Shown: positions 42,195 through 55,384 of the stretch, piece after piece
Position numbering within the stretch: the first letter of the stretch is position 1
Layout of the letters: every line of letters starts with the position of its first letter
Assembly: GCF_009914755.1 (NCBI RefSeq)
Contig: NC_060926.1
Source: the human T2T-CHM13v2.0 reference genome, Homo sapiens
Reading direction: 5' to 3' (one strand)
DNA: 64,000 bases
Position numbers and translations under genes: made by a program
Notes under the pieces: model-generated
Seen by the model: the letters and a program-made list of their open reading frames with translations, nothing else
What the model was told of the DNA's origin: nothing
The model's database searches: none

Positions 42195-43755
42195 AGCCAG
42201 GGCGCAGAGCGAAGAGGGCCGCCGCCGCCGCCGCCTCCGCAGCCGCCGTCAGCACCGCCGCCGCCCCTGCCGCCGCCGCCGCCGCCGCCGCCGCCGCTGC
42301 CGCCGCCGCGCCGACCCTGCACCTGGGCCGCTCCGGGCTCCAGCCCAGGCCCATCCGCCGCCCTCCCCTCCACCCAGAGACAGGCATGCCCGCCCTTGGA
42401 GGAGAAAACGCGGGAGAAACGGACCAAGGAGGCATTTTTGCAGTCCAAGGAAGGAGGGGCCAAAAAATAAAAAGCATAATAAACACCCAGACTGTTTTGT
42501 ATACATATATAACAAACAAAACCGGAAGAGAAAAAGGGGGCGATCATGAGATCTCGTTCATACTGTGGTGGTGTTTCGTTTTTGTTTTTGTTTTTAAAGA
42601 AGGGTGAAGATGCCTGACGCACGAAAACTGCACTCGTGAGGTTTTTCCACCCTGAGATGACCTACACGGCAGCGGTGGACAGCACCTGCCTCGTCTTCTC
42701 CTCTTTGAAAAAAAGAGAGAGAGAGAGTCCCCTTTCCTTTCACTTTCTCCCTCCAAAACAGCTGCCTAAAGAGATCCACGGAAACTTTATTTCCTGGGAG
42801 CGACCTGAGAGAAAACAGAGGCACCAGGTTCCATCAGGGGACGACACCGTGCTCTGGGACCCTGTTTTTCTTGGCCATATTAAAGTCATTTGGAAACAAA
42901 TCAACTCTGAAATGGGAAGGAGGGGGGAAAAACAGTCTCCAAGAAAAAAATAATTATATTGACAGCTTCTGAAACTAACAGACTGAATAGCAAAGCCAAA
43001 AGAAAAGTATCCTCAAAGTAACCTTGGAAATAAAAGGATCGGGAAGGAGCAGAGGGAGAGGGGGAACGTCCGCTGAGGAGTGGCGAGAGGCCCCGGCCGA
43101 GTCGGGTCGCGGGCGGGCGGGCGAACTGGGAGCAGAGCGGGGGCCCAGCCAGCGAGGCCGCCGAGCCAGGCCCGGCCGCGTACCCAGGCTTTGACGGCTG
43201 CCATTCAGGGTGGACGATGCCTAAAGATTCCACCGCTAATATTTTTTTTATTAATATTTTTTATTTTTTATTTCTGGACTGACTCAGATAAAGGAATTTA
43301 GAAAGACTGAGCACCAGCCGCTGCACTTCTCTGGACTTCTCTCCTCAATCCGTTGCCAACTTTGATTGAATGGGTGCTGTGGATGTGATTATATAATACT
43401 GCCATTTCCAAGCAGTGTTTTTGGTAGGTTTTAATAAACAGACTTTTCAAAAGACGGCAATATAGAATTGTTAGATCCGTTGTTGATCTAAAAATATTTG
43501 CTTTATATTTTCATTAAATGACTTCTTTTAATATTTTATTCAGAATACTTATGAACTGCTGCAAAACGGTAATTTATTTTTCCCCAGATCTTGTATTACG
43601 TGTTTTTTTCAGACGAGCACAAATCAAAATGAAATGAAAATATGGACAGTTGTTAGGTAATAAGGGTATCTTTTGATGTGATCATTTGATTGTAATTTAA
43701 TTTGAGTAGTGATTCCGTAAGAGCTGATCGAGAAAATAAATTTGTTAGAATGAAA
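42195..43755 (+). other. POU3F3: POU3F3 3' UTR to probable main poly(A) site
   Basis: AATAAA at 43735-43740 followed by GU-rich gtctgtgtctg (~43758). Other AATAAA at 42466, 42478 and 43433. The end point is inferred. Confidence 0.55.
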
Positions 43756-45929
43756 TAGTCTGTGTCTGATGCGTAAACACTGTGTGGGAAGAAAAGAGTT
43801 CTTTAAGAAATATTTTTTTACTAATGAAAATCCCTAAGTAATAGCGTTGAGGAAGTAGAGCCTGCTCCACTTAAGGTACTTTTGGAAATCTAGAGTAAAG
43901 CATAGGCATTGCTGAGACAGCTAGTATTTTAACATAGTAGTCACTCCTCGATAATCCATAAATTCACAATATTTTTCTCTCCCTTAATTTTAGTGGATGT
44001 CTTTAGTGTTTTCAGGTGAGATTGCCTAAATATTAACCCTTTTCTTGGCGATACCTGTGTTTCTTATCGAAAGATTGAACGATATCACCAGTAAAAATGA
44101 GCCAACTGGCTATTAATGGTTAATACAGCCCCTCCCCCCAAGTTCAGCTTCTTTTTTCTTCTCCTGTCCCCCTCCCAACATGTTCCTGTCTCTTTTCTCT
44201 TTTTCTCAAGACTATAGTTGTTAGGAGTCGCTTATAAGTCTTATAAAATATTTTGATATCAATTACTTCCCATCAATAACTATATGTAATTAAATTTAAA
44301 TTATTAAGCTTTTTGGGTTTTTTCCCCCCGTAATAAAAGAATATAGTTCTAAAATCCTGATTATGGTCCACACTGCATACCATCTGTGCAATTACCAACT
44401 CAGACTTAAGGTTCTATATTTCTGTGTTTTTGTCTCTCCCCAGTATGATTCTATATCTTCTTTACTGGTGCTGGGGGTTTTAGGTCACCTTTTACATAAA
44501 CCCTGCAGAGTGGTCACATTGATCAAGTTAATGTTTCAATATTTACAATGTGGGAAAATGAAAGTGTAATGCCTCAGGTTGTGAGTACTTAAGACGCTAA
44601 AGGCTCGGCTTAGTTGAGTCCCTATATATTGTACTTAAAAGTATTTAGCAGTGGTAGAGCAACGATTTTATAGACAAATTCCCCCCAATCTCACTTAGCT
44701 GTCACTCACTTTTTTTCCTCCTTCTCTCATCTTCACTCCCTCTCCCTGTGATATCAATGCAGGGGTTAAAAAACCCGGAAAACTGTGAGAGCAACAAGGC
44801 ACAGTTATTTCTCCCAGACAGGCCCTGTGTCACTTTCATAAATCAAACCCAGCCAGATGGCCATGTATTGGGTTGCATTATTTTAAACACCAAATCGTAC
44901 TAAAAATCACAATCATTTTGATTTGTGAAATCTGAAAAAGGCCACATATATTAAACAGAGAGAAGAAAAAAATGAAGACAAGAAACCACAATTTACTTTT
45001 CTTTGCCTTCTTGTTCCCTATTTCTCTTGCTGCTGTAATCCCTATGCCCAGCAAATTTACAACCTGGAGTGGGGGTGGGGGAGAAGTTCACCATTTTGGG
45101 GGTGTCTAGAGAGGCAAGCAAAGAAGTCCTCATTGGAAAGCTGAGGACTGGTCAGGTTGTTTTTATGTGGTGGATACTACTGGCACGTGAGATGGAATCT
45201 TGTTTTTCCTATGGGAATGGTGGTGGTTGATTAGACAAGTAATAGGTCTATTAAAAAAATTTCAGGAGGTATCTACTTAGTTGATTTAGCTGACAACAAA
45301 AGAGCTAACATTAGATTTCACACTGTTTTCTATTAAAAAGCAAACTTTGCTGATTACTTTGGAAGAATCCCTGATTTGGGGGTAGCAGAGTAACTTTTAA
45401 TTGGAGAAGCTGGGAAAGCAAACCCATTTTGTTTCATTATTTGCATTTTATAAAGTGAGCTAATGCTTGCACTCCATTTTTTTTAATCAACCCTTTCAAT
45501 GTAATTACAAAATGAAATTCATGGTTGAAAAACAAAAGAGGGCAGATATAACTGAGAGGTTTTGTGCTAAGGCTTATATTGTTACACATGTAAATAATGA
45601 AAATATTGTTATATATCACCAGATCTTTTTAATGAATTTGGTCATTGTGTTCCTTTGCAGTGCAAGTGTCTTGTGCTTCGTAAAGTGCCCATTTGTTTCC
45701 TCCATTTCAATCCAACCCCCCCTCCCCTTCCAACCCAAAGGAAAGTGACAAAGTTCTGTTCCATCAGCCTTGCTAATCCCAAGCTAGGCCCACTTACAGT
45801 TTACAGTCTCCTGTGGCTCTTGATCAGTTGTCCAAGCCTCCGTCGCTCCCACAACCATCTTCCCCTGGCAAGTCTGTGCGATAAATCATTCAAGGTGTAT
45901 TGAAAATAGTCACTTTGCTATTGTTGCTC

Positions 45930-45964
<35 letters not shown>

Positions 45965-46889
45965 TACTTAGCCAAGGACTACTTCTTTGTTCCGAAGAGA
46001 ACTGTTCGTTATTGATCTTAGCGATTCCCTTTGCTGCCCTGTAGCCTCCAGTGTTTGCTCATGACCATGCTCATAATCTGTTTTGTATGAATGGTTTTGA
46101 ACATTCAGAGAATAATTGGTTCTAATATTAAATGCAGTATATACTATTGATAGTTTTATCGATAAGTGTAATATTTTAAATAATTTTAACAATTAAATTT
46201 GTTTTTTAAATTATATATTTGTAAAGTATTTATCCTGTTGAAAGCAACAATATATTGTTGTATTTATTCGTTTATTTTTGTAATAAATGATCAACCTCTT
46301 CAAGCTAAATCAAAAATGATACTTTTATATATTTATACAAAAATGTACTTTAAGAGACGGGCATATTTGCACTAATTTGTATGTAAATTGAGTAAAATCC
46401 ATTAATAACTTGTAGCTTTCAGTACTAAATTGAAGGAAGAAACATTCTCTCCACATGGAGTTTAGTTTGCCCAAGTTCCAGGGTAATTAATCAACTCTAA
46501 AATGGATGCAACAAGTATTGGCACTGGATGCAGACTTGAAATTAATTATTTAAAAGGTGGACCTGATTGTTTTTTTAAGGCAGAAAGACAGAAATTAAAG
46601 AATTTTCTTCTTTCATGAAATGCACGTGGCTGGCTGCAAGGATTAGAGCAGATGCTATGTTTCAGTGATAACCTAATACCTGACTGTGCTCAGACATCTA
46701 CGTTGGGAAAGGGAGTTGTAATAAGAGTTGGGAGTTTGAGGTTATCAGTGACCCAGAAACAAGGTGATGTGAAAAAAGAAGAGTTGTGCTAGACTGAAGA
46801 AAAAAAATTAGATGATCTATAAAATGACTGTGAGTGGAGAAGCCCTTTGTCCTAGTCCAGCTACTAACAGCATAAGCAATCAGCACAGG

Positions 46890-46932
46890 TGTTGTTGTCG
46901 TTGTTGTTGTTGCTGCTGCTGTTGTTGTTGTT
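46890..46932. repeat. (GTT/GCT)n microsatellite
   Basis: Seen directly. Confidence 0.85.
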
Positions 46933-47299
46933 GAGTGACGCATGTGAGAAGCGTGGGGCAACCTCTCAGGCTCTCCAAGTTCTGTAGGTCGGTTGGTCAT
47001 CTCAGCTCCTCAGGGCTGCTGGTCTGAGGGCCTGAAGTTCACCCATGTGACCTCCTGGGTGCAGGATCCTCACGGTAGGCTTGACGTTGATTTCAATAAG
47101 GAAAGCAGAAGCCTCTGCGTTTGCATCCTGAACTTTGCAGCCTAGGAAAGGAAATAGTGCGCAGGCTGGAGGAGCTGGGGGTGGGGGCAGCGGAGATAGC
47201 AGGAGGGGTACTTGTGTAATCAGATTCTTTGATTTTGTTAGCCTGGCTCATGGCCTATTAATTAGATTACTCTCTCTTTCATTCTTGATTTCACATCCG

Positions 47300-48340
47300 T
47301 GTTTGTTCCTGTATCCTAAAATGCGGGCGCGAGCTTGGCGAGCAGGAGCCTATGATGTCACTGCCGGCCAGAGGCGGCCGCCTGGCCTTCTGGCGGGCTG
47401 TGCGCTGCGTTCTTGATGAGTCCGGTCTTCCTCAAGGAAGAGTTGGCTCTGGAAGTGACCTCAGAGGGGTCTGGGAAGAGGGCAACAGTCATTCTCTTGG
47501 CGGCACGATGTGTGCGCTAGTGTGTGCGCGCGCGTGCCGTGTGCATGTGGGTGCGCGTGAGGGGAGGGGGAAGCGGAAATTCGCAGTCTGGACCCCGAAG
47601 CCCTAGGGGTACAGGCGACGGGGTCAGGTGTAAGGCCTGCCTCCGGTGAAAACCCCGGATCAGAAGAGGCGGAGGGGGAGGGGGACCCGAGGCAGCCGGG
47701 CGTCCAAAGCTCGCTTCTCTCCGGGAGGGAGGGCAGGGCTGGGCGCGGAGGTGGGGCGGTGGCGGTCGCGGTGGGGCGGCCGGGTCCCTGCTCGGCCCGG
47801 CACGGCCGGGCGGCCAGACTGTGGCAGCTGCTGTGGGTCCCACAAGTTGTTTTCCTCGTGGCGACCATTCAGCAAAACGCACGAACCTTTCTCAAAGATT
47901 TAAATTTCGCGGATGAATTACCATACACCCGTTGCTTAGCAACTAAATTCAAGCAGGGCTAAGAATATGCAAGCTTTTTGTATTCTCATTAATAAAAATG
48001 CCACTCTGACACAGCAACCCGACTTTGGATCACTGCAACTTCTGTAAAAGCCGTAGGAGAATACAAACCGATCCTGCCTTTCAATTACAGATCAAAATGG
48101 CTTGAAACGCGATGTTTTGTTCATCTATCTTCCTAAAAAGCGATGGAAAAAATAACGGCTTTCAAGAGCAATAGTAAATTCTTTTTTTTTTTAATGGAGT
48201 TGTCTATCGGGGTTACTGATAATTGTCAACTGAACCCTTTTGAAACACAGGTTTAAATAAACCTTTTCATAAACATGTCCACTCTCTCCCTCAGTCCCTC
48301 CTACCCTCTGATCCTGTTCTTCCCCAGCCTCATAATAACA

Positions 48341-48392
<52 letters not shown>

Positions 48393-49600
48393 TGGAAACG
48401 CTCAGGCCTGTGGAGCCCTAGAGACTAAAGGGCAGTCAGCAGAGTAATGAGCAAACCTGGGGGCTGGAGAAAGTCCAAGGAATTGAGGAGCGAAGGAAAG
48501 GGAAACTTCTGAAAGTTTCCCTGGAAGGTTGAGGGAGTTGCTGGAGGCTGGAGTCGGCTCAGGTTCCAGAGGTTCTGGCGATAACTTTCTGCAGGGCTTG
48601 TGGAAGGAAAGGTAGAAATGCCTGTGGGTCTCTGCGCGACGTTTGCGGATTTTCCGTTCTGGGGGTGCAGCCTCCTCCCAGGAGAATTGAGTTGCCGCCC
48701 ACGCTGCTGACGGTGGAGTTCAGAGGGGCTGAGTTCAAGGCCTGGCTGACCCGGGCTTTCTCTGAAATCCACCTCTCTGCTGCCCAGGGCCCTGGAGCCC
48801 TGGAGCGGAGGACAAAGTAAAGACGGATCTGGACCCGTGACCCCTTGGGTCTTCCCGGACTGTGGCCCAGCCCACAGACCAGGGCCCGAAATTGAGGTGG
48901 GGGGCGTACTCTGTTTGTCTTCCCGAAGGATGCGGCGCGTGGAAGGAGATGCGCTGACTTGTTCCAACCCATAACCTTTCGCTCGGGTCCCCATGTGCGG
49001 GCAGAAGAAGTCAGAGCGGAACAGCCTAGTGCACTGGCAGGGCTCATTGTCTGGGAAGACACCGAGGTCTAGGCAGCTGGGACTGCGGAGTGGAGGCAAG
49101 GCCGGAGGCGGCCGGCGGCTTTGTGGAAGTTTCGCGCCGCCAGGCCCTGCGCGCCGCACGGGGCGGTGGAGTTCTTGGGCAGCCCCCGGCGCTTGGCCCA
49201 CGCCTCCGCTTCCCGCGTGTGGGAAACTCGAGCACCCTACAGGCACCAGGGTAAACTGCCTGTGCCTGGCCCGGTGAGGGTCGCTCCCCCAGGCCCCGTC
49301 TCCGCCCGAGGACTGCAGGCCTAGGCCTGCGGGGAGATCCTGAGACCGCGGTGTGCGGGCGCCGGCAGCAGGGCAAGGCAGGGACTGTGCCCAGTCCGCC
49401 CGCCAAGGAGATCGCACGCCGGCTTCGCTTCTGAAGCTGCAGACGGAGGCCGTGGTGAGCCTTAGAAAGATCCCGGGACAAAGGCGAAACCCCAGATTAA
49501 TCCCCATAAGATTCCTAGGAGCCATTCCCCCTTCCCCCCGCACTTTGGCAAACATGAGAACTTTAGAGGTGCCGCGTCCCCAAGTCAGCCTGGACGCTTA
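47300..49600. promoter_or_regulatory. Downstream CpG islands (about 47.3-47.9 kb and 48.6-49.6 kb)
   Basis: CpG-rich blocks. Confidence 0.75.
48341..48391. repeat. (ATT)n microsatellite
   Basis: Seen directly. Confidence 0.95.
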
Positions 49601-52199
49601 AACCCCACAACTGACTCCATGTAACCCGATTTCTTTCTAGTGAGTACCAAGAAACAGTGGAACTGAAACCATAAGTGGAAATATTTGCTGTATTATAACA
49701 TGCTCAGAGGCATTAGAGTTGGTTTTTTTTCCAGTAAAACATACATAATAAACAGGGAGCCATTTATTTACAAATACAAATGTCCTAGACAAGCCACATT
49801 CCATGTATGTAATTCATTAATGGAATTTGTTCATTTTTCTTCCTTTGGAAACAGAATTTTTGCTTTAAAAAATGGCTTGGTCTTGGGGAGGAGGTGGGTG
49901 GGAGAGTAGTTTACCTGATCTTTGAAAAGGGAGAAGTGTCCAGCCAATTCCTGTTTCGAAAGAATGCTAAACAATATAAAATAACCTTTTAAAATAGATG
50001 GAGAGGCTTTTGTTTTCTTTTTTACTCTTCAGAAAAGAAGTTTGTTAGTTGTAGTTGCTGTCACAGAATTGCCCAGTGGAAATGGACTGTTAATATCACC
50101 CTAGTTGACACGTGCGTGTGTGTCTGTGTGCGCGCACATGCGTGTGAACAAAATTGCATTTTAAATGTCTTAAGCTGGATGGGAATCTACCAAAATTGTA
50201 TCTGTAAAATATACTCAATTGCCACAGTTTTAGAAATGTCTGTGGAAATGTCCCCACCGGCCTGCCTCCTTCCTGAGAGTTTATATCTAGGTAGAGTGTT
50301 AGGTGATGACTTCCTAGTCACCGGTATGCCAGGATTAGTTACCTGGCGAAACTGAGTCTGGTCTTTAATTCAAGAAGTTTTCTCTAAGTGAATCTCCTTT
50401 CCCTATAAGTTGATAGAGGGGTGTTGTTTGAGGGAGAGTTGTCCAGAGGAAGGTGGAATCAAGTGTGAATCATCTGTGTGACCCAGTGAGCAGTGAATAA
50501 ATATGAAAAGTGCAGAATACACCTGAGGTATGTCTGGAGCTTTGTAAGGTCCTAACACTAGACATGATTACATAGGACAAAAAGAATGATCACTGCTGCC
50601 CATGTTTCTTTATTGTAGCTACAAAATAATGGAATGGACATTGAGATGGAAGCAAAAACTTTTTAAATTTTTTTTCTTTTAAAGAAAAGGGACAAGAGGT
50701 GTTCTGATGAGCTTCCTGGGAGACCACACATTAGCTCTGTCCTGCAGGACTGCCTCTCCGCATAAGGCAAGCCCATTAAGTCGGCTGGAACATTGCACAC
50801 TGAAATAGAATAGATGTTCATTTCAAAGAATTTTCCTTGAGCCAGCAATAAAATAAAAGGTGACAAAACCCACCACGCTCATTGTACCCAGGTTTAGACA
50901 GGGAAACTTCCAGGTGTGAGGGGGGCTAGCCAGATTTGTTCCTTTCTGCCCCTATCAAGGTCTCAGAAGGAGGGTGAGTCTGTGTTTCACTTACATTTCC
51001 AAGGTTGAAAACTCTCCTGCAGAGTTAAAAATAAATTAAATAGGTCTAATCAGAAAGCACAGTATCACCCAGAAACTAACCAAATGAAATGTCTTAGTAG
51101 CTTGGTCTTGAGAATCTTTAGGTGACAATGGTGAAAAAGCCATCACAGAACAAAACAACATCTACAAACTATTTTAAATTACCATTTCATGGGGAGAAAT
51201 CTTTCAAATTTCAAAATCGCTCAGGCAAGTCTACTGATTCTACTTTGTACGCCTTAAAGACTTATGCCAAGCACAGCTTTAAAAACGTTTCACTCCTGAA
51301 AGAAGGTCTTTAACTCTTCCAATAACTATTTAATAGTTGTCCTGAATGTTTTTAACAAGAGACGGGTATTAAGTGAGTGGCCTTGAGTCCCAAGCAGTCT
51401 GGGGGAATAGAAGTGGTGGACACTCAAAGGCACGGAGCAGCCTGCACCTGAAACGGGCTTTCTGCTTTTCGGTGAGGAGGGGCGGCCGAGGTCAGCAGTA
51501 TTTACATATGTACCTGATCCCACGGGCTTTCCTCTATTTATCAAAGAGGAGGGCCTGCAGGTGAAGGGGTGGAAGTGAGGGGAGAGAAAGACCAAAAGAG
51601 AGATCAGTTACCTTTCCCCTTTGTTCCTGGGCCTTGAACTGGGGCTTCAAGGAGGGGAATAAAAGCCCCCAGGGAATGAAGCTTCCACCTCCATTTGCAT
51701 CATCCTGACACCCCCGCCAGAAAACCAAGTGCTGGCTGAGTTGGGGCAAAATGGTAACTTGAGGAATCCCAGTGTGAGTGTGTTACATAACATACAGAAT
51801 CCTCTGTGGGGAGAAGTGCACTCACTTGATTTTCTCCAAATGACTGTGTGCAGGCGGAAAGCCCTAGAAAGGAGGATTGAAGACCAGTTAAATAGGAAGA
51901 CTGTGGGGAAATGGGGAAACGTGTAGCCATATATGACAGGGCACATGTAAGCTTGTGTGCAGGTAAAGTCATACCTGCACCATCTGTGTGCCAGAGCATC
52001 CTTCAGAGATCCTGCCTAGAGCTGCACGTTGGCTAAGCAGGAGTCCATACTTTACAATGGTGGTATGGTGGGGGCAGTGGTACCCAAGACTACTGGGACC
52101 TGGCTGCCCTGTGGGGTAGTAGGAGCCAGGTTAGTTCACAACTGTGTCATCCTCAACCAGCTCTTTTTTGTCAGAACCCTCAAATCCTTAGCCTGGGTG

Positions 52200-53500
52200 G
52201 GCAGATTACCCCCTCCTCTGTGCGCCCTGCTGTGCCCACCGCAGTCGCCCTGCGGTGGCAGGAGAGCTACTCATTCAGCAGTAGCAGCATTGCGCCGCTG
52301 CAGCATCCCGAGGTCACATTCAGAAAGCCCGTTCTTCCAGGACAGCATCGCCCCAATACTGCAGGCGGGGCGAACCGTGTTTATCTGCCCCAGGCACGGA
52401 GGGGAGATTGTAACCAAAGGAAAAGAATCTCGCAGAAGGGGATCTGGAAGAGGGCAGTTGATCCTGGGCAGATCCCCTGCGCCGGGCCCTCTCCGCTGGG
52501 GGCGAGCCCGGAGGGAACCGAGGGGCCCGGGAGGGGGAGCTGCTGAAGGCGCGCAGGCTGACAAAGCTATAACAAAGGCTCCCTACAAAACTAGTACTAA
52601 GGATCTTTAAAGGATCACACACCTTGCAGGCGTGTCCCCAGCTCCCGGGACGCAGAGCCCGCTGACTGTTCCCCCGGGCTCCGCAGACGTGCCCGGGTTG
52701 TCAGAGGTGTGGGGCTGGAAGTCCAGCGTCTCGGCCTCTGCCCCTGCGCTCCCACAGGCCTGAGCGGGTAGGGGTAGGTGCCCGCGCCTGGGCCCGCGGG
52801 GCTTTGGTCATGGCTGTTCCCCGGGAGGCTCAGTTAGGCAGCAGCCTTGCTGGGCAACAGGCCCCGCCCTTGGTTAATCCGGGAAGGTCGCGGGCTGCAA
52901 TCTGGCCTGACGAGGCAGGCCCTGAAGTCTCCCCGCTGGGCGATCAGAAGAGCGTTCGAGAAGCCGGGAGCTGGTGGGGTTGGCAGGGCGTCTGAGTCAC
53001 CCGAGCTGCAGAACGGACGCCCCCACGACGCGCTGTGGGCACTCACAGCGGCTAGTTGGGCATTTCCCAGCAGCCAAGGCTGCGCACTCCGCCCCCGCTG
53101 AGGTCCCCTTTGGTTCCCGAGGACCCAGCTCCTCCCGCCCCTCTACTCGGCGCCCCCTGCCACCATAGAACTCTGGGGTAACCCTGGGCCCCGACCTCCA
53201 GCTGGTGGGTAGGAATTGTTGGGAAAGGATTGGCGCCCCAGCACCGGGAGACTGGAAGAGTTGAAATCAACGCAGGAGAACAATTAGGAAAAAGTAAGAA
53301 AAAAATCACCCGGATGACCTCCAACTTCACCCCCACACCCCCATGGGGTTCTGAAGGCTCCGGCGCAGCTCCTACAGGCGTCTAGGAGTTGGTGGGAGAG
53401 GCGCTGCTCTGGCACCTCGCGGTCTCAGGAGTGGGGCTCAGCGCAGAGCGGGCGGCAGTGAGGAGCTCAGGGCCCGAGTTCAGGGCTAGGAGCAGGTGCA
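52200..53500. promoter_or_regulatory. CpG island
   Basis: CpG-rich block. Confidence 0.7.
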
Positions 53501-54224
53501 AGAACAGTGCAGCAGTGCAAGCATCAGGCAGCAGTGTTTCTCCTCCGCCGACAAAGTGGGTGGTGAGAACACAACTCTGGGAAAGGGGTAGGCGTGGATG
53601 TAAAATATAGTCAGTGACTGTTCCCCTACTTCTTGGTGTCCCCTTTCTTGAACTCAACTCAGGAGAAGCTCAGAAGCATCGCTGCAGACCTCCAACTTCC
53701 AGCTGTGGTCACCCACCGGCCAAGCCTCCCAGAGCCCAGGTCTGCCAAAGTTGGTCCAAGCCCTCAGGCCAGACCTCCAGACACCTTCTCTATCCACCCC
53801 GCACCCCTGCTGGACTGGGGTGGGCTAGGGCTTCCACTTCCCAAATGGCTGCTGCCTTGGGGCCTGCTCTGAAATTCCAGCTGGCGGGTCTGGTTTGGGC
53901 AGAGGAGGGGGAGGCAATGAGTGACACAAGCCCCCACCCCTGGTTACAAACAGTGCAAATGAGATGCATTTAGGCTGATCACGCTACTGTATTTTATGCA
54001 ACTGAATGTGTCTATGTCTTGTCAACTCTTCTAGTCAGGAAGAATAGCAGAAAAAAATCTTCAAAGATTTTCTATGTGTGTGTGGTTTCCAACTATAATT
54101 CCATATAGGACAGTGGGGTGAGGGTGGGGCAGGGAGACTTGCTGACGTGAACAACATTACATAAACCCTCCAAAAATGCAATCTTAAGCCACAAAGAAAG
54201 AACTGAAAACAGGTGGGGATGGTG

Positions 54225-55384
54225 GTGGTATTACCTTAGACACCTAGGGGTTCAAAAACCTCAGTGGAATGAAATGGGCCTGGGGTATTCTCCCTTTGGT
54301 GCCTCCCTAGGGACAAGCCCTTTTGGCCTGGGTTATGGCTGCTAGCGAGAGACCTTGATGAAATTAGGTGGATTCCGGCTGGGAAAAGTTTAAAGCTGTA
54401 ATATTTCTTTTAAAGAAACAAACTCATTTATATTTATTTTGGTACAGGGGACAGGTTCTGAACAATGTGTAGGCCCACCTAGGGGAATGTCAAGGGTGCC
54501 CTAGGAGGGGATAGGTTTTGTGACACAAAGGAGGCCCTGAAGGGGCGATGGAGTGTCTGTTCTTCTCTTTATGTCCATTTTCAAACAAGTTGTGAGTAGA
54601 GGAAGTCTGCCTCCAAATCTCACCAGACTCTCCCACCAGGTGTCCTGGGAACTGAGTGATGTGGGTCTCCTGTAAGGTAAGTGGAGGGGGTGCCAGGTTC
54701 TAGGAGACAAATAGCTTCTGGTATTGTGCCCCAGTCCTACTTGTGCAGTTCCTCATGCACTTTGGGAGAGCTCTGGAACTCCCTGTAGGACAGCTGGACA
54801 GGATCACAGAGTCAATAAACCCAGAGCCAGCACCACCACCAGCCCTTCAGGCTTCTTTGCCTCTGACACCAGAAAGGGGAACAACTGATTGTCTTTTCCC
54901 TGTTCAGGGACTCTGCCTCTCCACCGCCCCTCGCTCCCCCCCACCTCCCAGCCAGGCTTGGTGGTGGGCAGATCCCAAGCTGAACTTGTTTGCTGGGAGT
55001 CCTTGCTGGGAGTTATAAGATGAGCCTTGTGGCAGCCTCTTGCCCCCTCCTTCAAGGGGTGTCCAGGGTCAGCAGGGAATTTGCTTGAGGGGAGCCTCTG
55101 GGTCCTCTGAGTTCTCAGGGTGCCTCTTGGTGCCCTGGAACAGAAAAGAAATTGTTGTGGACACCTCAGGCTCTCCTCTTTAGAACTGCCTCTTGGGTCG
55201 ACTGTCCACTTACAGAAAGTGACTAGCTTCACCTTCAGGACTCAGGGCCATCATACATAAGCTGCCCACAGTCTAGGCCAGGCCAAAGAGGCTTGTCCCT
55301 AGGGAGGCACCAAAGGGAGAATACCCCAGGCCCATTTCATTCCACTGAGGTTTTTGATCCCCTAGGTGTCTAAGGTAATACCAC
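54225..55384. repeat. 107-bp inverted repeat pair (54225-54331 and 55278-55384), 946-bp spacer
   Basis: Manual reverse-complement alignment: 104/107 identical, no gaps. Confidence 0.97.

Larger units (their letters stand above)
37500..43220. promoter_or_regulatory. Large CpG island covering the bidirectional promoter and POU3F3
   Basis: Dense CpG and GGC/GCC tracts. Confidence 0.9.

Noticed and set aside
40979-42607. 542-aa alternative-frame ORF inside POU3F3
   Set aside because: GTG start and no AUG until near the end; expected from extreme GC3 codon bias.
48425-49555. 376-aa minus-strand ORF
   Set aside because: CpG-island composition with no domain or supporting gene structure; not completely excluded without Ribo-seq.
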